Shown here in pieces: positions 36,063-41,968 of a DNA stretch of 41,968 bases. Position numbers and translations under genes: made by a program. Where the stretch lies: sequence record SRR20825019_54; one strand, given 5' to 3'. Below the pieces are notes generated by a model. It was not told where the DNA came from and did no database searches. It was given only the letters and a program-made list of their open reading frames with translations. Numbering within the stretch: the first letter of the stretch is position 1; every line of letters begins with the position of its first letter.

Positions 36063-37559
36063 TTATTCCATGGGAGTGGATAAAATACTGTAAAAGGATT
36101 TTATGCCATACGCCAATTGGCCAATTTTGATGTTCTCGTTAGGACTGTGTTGGTTATTGTCAGGATTGACAACAGGTACAATAAAGGCAGGAATTTTTAA
36201 TTCATTGATGAAGGGAGCGATAGGAACCGTACCCCCCATGGTTCTAATTTGAATAACTTCCTCCCCAAAACTTTGGTTCAGGGTTTTTACAATAAATTCG
36301 CCATAGGGATTGTCCAAATTGGTACGGAAGGCATCTGTAACACTGCCCTCTCCAACAGTTATTATTTTATCGAATTGCATCCGCTCTTCTTTGGATGGAA
36401 CATGGTCCAATACTTTGTATCCCTGTTTGGCGATATGATCTTTGACCAATTTTTTCAATCTGGAGCCGTCGCTTTCTACGACCAACCTCAAATCCAACTC
36501 GGCTGTGGCACTTTCGGGAACAATGGTTCGTGCTTTGTCACCAACCCAACCAGATTCCAAACCGCGAATATTCAAAGATGGATATTGAAGGGCCTCCTGA
36601 TAATAACCGCCTACCTTTTCCGCAGTTTTAAATTGAAGCTTTTCTGCAATGGCAGAATCGTCATCGGGAACGCTCTTTAAAATTGAATCGGTTTTCCCAT
36701 CTATAGAAATACCATCGTAATAACCGGGAATAATTACTCTTCCTTGGTCATCCTTCATAGTGGCCAATAACTTGGACAATTGAAAACCTGGATTTGGCGC
36801 ATAATTGCCGTAATGGCCGCTGTGCTGAGGTTTTATGGGGCCATAGGTTGTCAATGTCAATGTAGTGATGCCACGACATCCATATACAACGGTTGGCTTT
36901 TCAGAAGCATGTACCGGCCCGTCCACAATCATTAAAAAGTCCGATTCCAGAAGTTCACGGTATTGTTTTACCGCGGCGGGTAATGGTTTGCTGCTTTTTT
37001 CTTCTTCACTGTCCAGGATTACCTTAATGTTGAACGGGATTTCAATACCATCATTTTTAAGAAGATCAACGGCATTGAGAAGCATTACAATAGGCGATTT
37101 ATCATCCGAGGTCGACCTGCCGAACAAACGCCAGTCATAGTTGATGTCATCATCCAGCTCATCAAAAGAAATTGTTTCGAACCCACTGTCATTGGGTTTT
37201 TTGAGAACTACCTGATAAGGGTCCGGCTGATTCCATTTGCTAGGGTCTACGGATTGTCCGTCAAAATGCATATAAATGAGCACCGTTGGTTTATTGGCGT
37301 TCATGGGCATGGCCGCAAAGAATAAAGGCAATCCTTCCGTGTCCAGCACTGCGGTATTGAATCCTCTATCCCCGAATTTTCGCTTGAGCCACATAATGTT
37401 ACGGTCAATATCGGCGGCATCCAGGGCATCGTTAGGAATAGCGATAAATTCGCGGACCTCGTTGATGGCATCGGCCACTTGCGATTTTACGGCCACATCA
37501 TCTTGGGCAAAAAGAGAAAAAGTAAGCGACAGGAAAACTAAAGAAAATGTTTTTTTCAT
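36063..37559 (-). CDS. M20/M25/M40 family metallopeptidase with signal peptide
   Basis: HFDGQ, GRSTSDDK, DSEEE, HSGHYG, NQHSPNEN. Confidence 0.88.
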   Translation of the reverse strand: MKKTFSLVFLSLTFSLFAQDDVAVKSQVADAINEVREFIAIPNDALDAADIDRNIMWLKRKFGDRGFNTAVLDTEGLPLFFAAMPMNANKPTVLIYMHFDGQSVDPSKWNQPDPYQVVLKKPNDSGFETISFDELDDDINYDWRLFGRSTSDDKSPIVMLLNAVDLLKNDGIEIPFNIKVILDSEEEKSSKPLPAAVKQYRELLESDFLMIVDGPVHASEKPTVVYGCRGITTLTLTTYGPIKPQHSGHYGNYAPNPGFQLSKLLATMKDDQGRVIIPGYYDGISIDGKTDSILKSVPDDDSAIAEKLQFKTAEKVGGYYQEALQYPSLNIRGLESGWVGDKARTIVPESATAELDLRLVVESDGSRLKKLVKDHIAKQGYKVLDHVPSKEERMQFDKIITVGEGSVTDAFRTNLDNPYGEFIVKTLNQSFGEEVIQIRTMGGTVPIAPFINELKIPAFIVPVVNPDNNQHSPNENIKIGQLAYGIKSFYSILSTPME

Positions 37560-37593
37560 GAAAGTGCTCGTCTGGGTTTTTAAAAGCCGAAAT

Positions 37594-38376
37594 TTAACGA
37601 ATTTGCTTCACAAAGTCACCAATACCGGCGACCCCGTTTGCTGTTAAATGTTTGATGAAAGCTGAACCGATTATGGCTCCTTTTGCTTTTTTTGTCGCTT
37701 GTTCAAAAGTTTCCGCGTTGCTTATTCCAAACCCTACAATTTGAGGGTTGCTCAACTTCATATTGGCAATTCGGTCAAAATAGTCCAACTGCTCAGCGCC
37801 AAAACCTTGTTTGGCACCTGTAGTGCTTGCCGAACTTACCATGTAAATAAAACCTTCCGAAGCATCGTCAATGGCTTTGATGCGCTCATCGCTGGTTTGG
37901 GGAGTGATCAAGAAAATGTTGATCAGACCATGTTTTTTGAATATGGGTTCGTACTCTTCTTGGTACACATCCAAAGGCAGGTCGGGCAATATCAACCCAT
38001 CAATTCCAATTTCTTCACATTTTGCGCAGAATGCTTCCACACCGTATTGGAGTACCGGATTGAAATAACCCATTAAGATCAACGGGATGGATACGGTTTT
38101 ACGGATATCCTTGAGCTGTTCGAAGAGCAAGGCGGTGTTCATTCCGTTCTTGAGTGCTGCAGTGGAGCTTTCCTGAATGGTGGGGCCATCTGCCAACGGG
38201 TCGCTAAAGGGCAATCCTATCTCAATGAGGTCTACACCGCTTTTTTCGAGATCCTGTATGATTTTTACGGTGTCATCCAAGTTGGGATAACCTGCTGAAA
38301 AGTATATGGAAAGGATTTTTCCTGCTCGTCCGGCAGACGGGCTGTCCTCCTGTAGTTTTTGTTTGATTCTGTTCAT
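37594..38376 (-). CDS. trpA: Tryptophan synthase alpha chain (7-aa insertion near the N-terminus)
   Basis: [44 protein letters not shown]. Confidence 0.97.
   Translation of the reverse strand: MNRIKQKLQEDSPSAGRAGKILSIYFSAGYPNLDDTVKIIQDLEKSGVDLIEIGLPFSDPLADGPTIQESSTAALKNGMNTALLFEQLKDIRKTVSIPLILMGYFNPVLQYGVEAFCAKCEEIGIDGLILPDLPLDVYQEEYEPIFKKHGLINIFLITPQTSDERIKAIDDASEGFIYMVSSASTTGAKQGFGAEQLDYFDRIANMKLSNPQIVGFGISNAETFEQATKKAKGAIIGSAFIKHLTANGVAGIGDFVKQIR
38321..38341. repeat. 21-bp palindromic REP-like element inside trpA
   Basis: CCTGCTCGTCCGGCAGACGGG; excision restores QEDRKILSIYF. Confidence 0.7.
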
Positions 38377-39557
38377 AGTTTGAAATAATCAATATAGTTC
38401 TGTAAATCTTTATCGCCACGGCCTGATAGGTTCACGACCACGACATCATCGGGATTGAATTTTCTGTCCTCAAAAATGGCCAGGGCATGTGATGATTCAA
38501 TTGCAGGGATTATCCCTTCCAGTTTGCATAGTTCCAATCCTGCTTTCATGGCGTCGTCATCTGTAATAGAAATAAATTCACCTCGGCCGGAAGCGAACAG
38601 GTGTGCATGCATGGGGCCAACACCCGGATAATCCAGACCTGCGGAAATGGAATAGGGCTCTGTTATTTGCCCGTCTTGGGTCTGCATCAACAATGTTTTG
38701 CTGCCATGAATGATTCCTATTTTGCCCAAGGCGGATGTAGCGGCACTTTCTCCGGAGTCAATGCCCTTTCCTGCAGCCTCTACTGCGATGATTCCGACTT
38801 CGGGAGTGTCCAAATAATGATAATAGGCACCTGCGGCATTACTACCGCCACCCACGCAGGCAACCACAAAATCTGGGTTTTTCCTACCTTCTTTTTCTTG
38901 GAGCTGATTTTTGATTTCTTCCGAAATCACTGACTGAAAACGCGCCACCATGTCCGGATAGGGGTGTGGGCCCACTACCGAACCAATAATGTAATGCGTG
39001 TCGACTGGATTATTGATCCAATCGCGAATAGCTTCGTTTGTGGCATCTTTTAAAGTTTTGCTTCCAGAAGTGGCGGGTCTCACCTCTGCTCCAAGCATTT
39101 TCATACGGGCAACGTTGGGAGCTTGTCGGGCAATATCAATTTCACCCATGTACACCACACATTGAATGCCCATCAAGGCACAAACAGTAGCTGTTGCCAC
39201 GCCATGCTGTCCGGCCCCGGTTTCTGCAATGATTCTGTTCTTGCCCAATTTTTTGGCCATGAGTATTTGGCCTATGGTATTGTTGACTTTGTGTGCACCA
39301 GTATGGCATAGATCTTCTCTTTTTAGATAGATCTTGGTATTGTATTTTTCGGAAAGCCGCTTGGCAAAATAGAGAGGAGTTGGACGGCCTACGTAATCCT
39401 TCAATAATTGATGGAACTCATCCTTAAATGAAGGTTCTTCCATAATGTTGAGATAATTTTGGCGAAGTTCTTCACAATTGGGATAGAGCATCTCTGGGAT
39501 AAAAGCCCCTCCAAACTCACCATAATACCCCCGTTCATCGGCATGATAGCTTTTCAT
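38373..39557 (-). CDS. trpB: Tryptophan synthase beta chain
   Basis: [53 protein letters not shown]. Confidence 0.98.
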   Translation of the reverse strand: MKSYHADERGYYGEFGGAFIPEMLYPNCEELRQNYLNIMEEPSFKDEFHQLLKDYVGRPTPLYFAKRLSEKYNTKIYLKREDLCHTGAHKVNNTIGQILMAKKLGKNRIIAETGAGQHGVATATVCALMGIQCVVYMGEIDIARQAPNVARMKMLGAEVRPATSGSKTLKDATNEAIRDWINNPVDTHYIIGSVVGPHPYPDMVARFQSVISEEIKNQLQEKEGRKNPDFVVACVGGGSNAAGAYYHYLDTPEVGIIAVEAAGKGIDSGESAATSALGKIGIIHGSKTLLMQTQDGQITEPYSISAGLDYPGVGPMHAHLFASGRGEFISITDDDAMKAGLELCKLEGIIPAIESSHALAIFEDRKFNPDDVVVVNLSGRGDKDLQNYIDYFKL

Positions 39558-39571
39558 TGGTGTTCAGTTTA

Positions 39572-40222
39572 TTAGTTGCGAATGCTGTTGAGCGATTCGA
39601 TAAATGTTTTTAAATCTTCTATACTCTTAAGCCCTGGCGCTGATTCGAATTTACTGTTCACATCAACGGCATAACAATTTTTTGAGGCCGGACTGCTTAA
39701 AAACTCCTGTAGATCTTGGATGGATTCCAATCCGATGCCACCACTTAAAAAGTAAGGCTTTTGGGACGGATACTTTTCAAGAACGGACCAATCAAATGTA
39801 TAGCCATTGCCACCGGGCAGTTTCCCCTTGGTATCAAAAAGATAAAAATCACAGACTTCTTCGTAGTCCTTCAAAATGGAAAAATCAAAATCATCTTTAA
39901 TGGAAAACACTTTGATGATGTCTAGATTTCTCGACGGCGCTCGAAATGACAGAAAGCTATTTTTTAATTGTTGACAGTACTTGGCACTTTCCTTTCCATG
40001 GAGCTGTATGGCATCCAATTGATGTTGGGACACTTTTTCCAAAACATATTCTTGGTCGGTATCGACGAATACACCTACTTTTTTAATTTGACTGGGAATC
40101 TTTGGCATGTCACCAGAAAAATAACGGGCCGATGGTTCCCAAAAAATAAACCCTAAATAATCAGGTCGCAATTGAGCGACTTTTGATGGATTATGGTTCA
40201 TGCCGCAAACCTTTAGCTTCAT
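39572..40222 (-). CDS. trpF: Phosphoribosylanthranilate isomerase (9-aa loop insertion)
   Basis: KVCG, GFIF, VGVFV, QLHGKE, LFDT, GGNG.TFDW, LSGGI, DVNSKFE. Confidence 0.95.
   Translation of the reverse strand: MKLKVCGMNHNPSKVAQLRPDYLGFIFWEPSARYFSGDMPKIPSQIKKVGVFVDTDQEYVLEKVSQHQLDAIQLHGKESAKYCQQLKNSFLSFRAPSRNLDIIKVFSIKDDFDFSILKDYEEVCDFYLFDTKGKLPGGNGYTFDWSVLEKYPSQKPYFLSGGIGLESIQDLQEFLSSPASKNCYAVDVNSKFESAPGLKSIEDLKTFIESLNSIRN
39924..39951. repeat. About 27-28-bp palindromic REP-like element inside trpF
   Basis: AGATTTCTCGACGGCGCTCGAAATGACA, encoding SFRAPSRNL on the minus strand. Confidence 0.7.
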
Positions 40223-41004
40223 TGTTCCAGTCTTTTTATGAATTCCGCTGCGTTTTTACCGGGGTCGTCCGTTTTCATAAAATTCTCGCCTATCAAAAAT
40301 CCTTGATAGCTAAATTCCTTTAAATCCCTAATGGCCTCAACGGAACTTATACCGCTTTCTGAAACCTTTACAAAATCATCTGGGATTTGTTGTGATAATG
40401 TTCTGCTGATATCCAAGTCTACCTCGAAAGATTTTAGGTTACGGTTGTTCACGCCCAGCATATCCAAACTTGGCATCAACGATTTTTCGAGTTCTTCTTG
40501 ATTGTGTACTTCCAAGAGCACGTCCAATCCCAGTCCCTTTGCCAGTTCGGATAGCGTTTTTATTTCGTCCCTTCTCAAAATTGCCGCAATCAATAAAATA
40601 ACATCAGCTCCATAGGCCTTGGCCTCTACGATTTGATATTCATCTATGATGAATTCCTTACGCAAGATGGGCATATTGGTGGACGCTCTTGCCAACAGTA
40701 GATCATCAATGGAACCGCCAAAATATTTACCATCCGTTAGTACTGACATGCCACATGCGCCTGCCTCGGAATACCCCTTTGCTACGTCTTGTACACTCAA
40801 ACTTTGATTGATAACGGATTTTGAAGGCGAACGTCTTTTATGTTCCGCGATTATGCCTGAGTTGCTTTTGCGCAATACTTCGGCAAGTGAAATGGATGTA
40901 CGCTCCATCATCACCGAAGCTTCCAATTGGGCCTGTGTGATGAGCGATTTTTTTAAATCGACTTCTATGCGTTTGTTTGCTACTATTTTATCTAAAATGT
41001 TCAT
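40219..41004 (-). CDS. trpC: Indole-3-glycerol phosphate synthase
   Basis: IIAEHKRRSPSK, SVLTD, LRKEFI, LLEVH, GVNNRNL, SESGI, LIGE. Confidence 0.97.
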   Translation of the reverse strand: MNILDKIVANKRIEVDLKKSLITQAQLEASVMMERTSISLAEVLRKSNSGIIAEHKRRSPSKSVINQSLSVQDVAKGYSEAGACGMSVLTDGKYFGGSIDDLLLARASTNMPILRKEFIIDEYQIVEAKAYGADVILLIAAILRRDEIKTLSELAKGLGLDVLLEVHNQEELEKSLMPSLDMLGVNNRNLKSFEVDLDISRTLSQQIPDDFVKVSESGISSVEAIRDLKEFSYQGFLIGENFMKTDDPGKNAAEFIKRLEQ

Positions 41005-41015
41005 ATTTTATTTTG

Positions 41016-41050
41016 AAGCCCGAAGTCGGTAGTCCGAAGTCGGTAACTTT
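41016..41050 (+). repeat. Degenerate 7-bp tandem array, left flank of the four-helix-bundle gene
   Basis: AAGCCCG AAGTCGG TAGTCCG AAGTCGG TAACTTT; includes an exact 12-bp direct repeat CCGAAGTCGGTA at 41020 and 41034. Confidence 0.8.
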
Positions 41051-41056
41051 TTATAA

Positions 41057-41422
41057 TTATTTGATGTTTTTTTTAAAAGCGACCAACATGTTCATTGAAT
41101 TGAAAGCTTCAATATAAAGCTCATCAAATCTTTCGCTTGAAATATAATTTTTTCTATTCGCTTTGTGTAAGCAGGTAACAACTTCACTTAAAGACCTAAT
41201 TGCATAACCAACGAATTTTTTAAATTCAGGATTTGTCTGTCCTATAGAATCTTCTGAAATGTTTAATGCTATTGAATCCACAGCTCGTCTTATCTGTGAG
41301 CTGAGATTGTAAACCTCGTTTTTTGGGAAGAGTTTCGTTATGTTATTTATGGCTTCTCCAAAATCCATGGCACACTGCCAAACAATTATCTTTTCAAACT
41401 TGAATTTTGACTCTATTATCAC
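41057..41422 (-). CDS. Four helix bundle protein (23S rRNA IVP / TIGR02436-like family)
   Basis: FEKIIVWQ.A...FPKNEVYNLSSQIRRAVDSIALNISE...EF.KF...A..SL.EV; GTG start uncertain. Confidence 0.88.
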   Translation of the reverse strand: MIIESKFKFEKIIVWQCAMDFGEAINNITKLFPKNEVYNLSSQIRRAVDSIALNISEDSIGQTNPEFKKFVGYAIRSLSEVVTCLHKANRKNYISSERFDELYIEAFNSMNMLVAFKKNIK

Positions 41423-41445
41423 TGTTGATTTATTTCTAGTCTCAT

Positions 41446-41480
41446 TAAACTTCGGACCTCAGTCTTCCGACTCCTGACTT
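41446..41480 (-). repeat. Degenerate 7-bp tandem array, right flank, inverted relative to the left array
   Basis: Minus strand reads AAGTCAG GAGTCGG AAGACTG AGGTCCG AAGTTTA, starting at the last base of the trpD stop codon. Confidence 0.75.
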
Positions 41481-41968
41481 TAATTAGATAAAGATTGCAA
41501 TTTTTTGAGTGATGCCAACCCTTTGCCGCCGAGTAATGACTCTTTAGCTTTTTCAAAACCTTCTTTTGGGGTGATGCCTTTTACCGTTGCAATGGCTATT
41601 CCTGCATTGGCACAGACCACGTTGTTTTGGGCCTCGGTACCTTTTCCTTGCAAAATATTCATAAATATTTGGGCGGATTCCGCAATGTCGCTACCTCCGA
41701 TAATGTCCTCTTGCGAAACCTTTTCCACGCCAAAATCCGAAGGCGTTAGCATTGCCTCTGTATGATTTGATATGGTCTTGGTATCGCCTGTCAAGGAGAT
41801 TTCATCATATCCGTCCAAAGCATTTAAAATGGTGAATTTCTTATCTGTATTCTGATACAGATACCCATACATCCTTGCCAATTCCAAATTATAGACCCCT
41901 ACCATTTGGTTTTTGGGGAATGCTGGGTTTACCATTGGTCCTAACATATTAAAGAATGTTTTTACCGC
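41480..41968 (-). CDS. trpD: Anthranilate phosphoribosyltransferase (5' part beyond the right edge)
   Basis: Frame is open to the edge: AVKTFFNMLGPMVNP...QMVGVY...DGYDEIS...NAG; directly upstream of trpC in the operon. Confidence 0.95.
   Translation of the reverse strand, partial: AVKTFFNMLGPMVNPAFPKNQMVGVYNLELARMYGYLYQNTDKKFTILNALDGYDEISLTGDTKTISNHTEAMLTPSDFGVEKVSQEDIIGGSDIAESAQIFMNILQGKGTEAQNNVVCANAGIAIATVKGITPKEGFEKAKESLLGGKGLASLKKLQSLSN

Noticed and set aside
41016-41050. Direct repeat CCGAAGTCGGTA as a CRISPR remnant
   Set aside because: Only 12 bp with a 2-bp spacer and no cas genes; explained by the period-7 array.
41057-41422. Diversity-generating retroelement or rRNA intervening sequence
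   Set aside because: No reverse transcriptase, template/variable repeat pair or rRNA gene in the window.

Overview
A gene-dense, mostly core-chromosome window from a Flavobacteriaceae genome (Flagellimonas/Muricauda-like, judged from protein sequences, gene order and TAnnTTTG promoters). From left to right: lipA (partial), two ECF sigma factors with one RskA-type anti-sigma, murB, an aminotransferase, a PDZ aspartyl protease, valS, a GH109 / GHMP kinase / nucleotidyltransferase / AGMO-like cluster, rsfS-ftsH-LUD-cdsA-psd-ACBP, birA, pyrE, a PAS histidine kinase split by a frameshift plus its response regulator, ddl-coaD, PASTA-rluD, yaaA, ppc, an orphan SusD fusion, a UDG-family gene, an M20 peptidase and trpD(partial)-C-F-B-A. 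No rRNA, tRNA, CRISPR array, transposase or integrase was seen. The most unusual signal is in the trp operon. An AT-rich four-helix-bundle gene lies between trpD and trpC, bracketed by inverted arrays of 7-bp repeats. In addition, two different short palindromic elements sit in-frame inside trpA and trpF. Other notable items: the (AG)5 frameshift in the kinase, a putative GalNAc salvage operon, an AGMO-like desaturase, an NqrM-like microprotein and a candidate sRNA. All family calls come from motif recognition; no searches were run.
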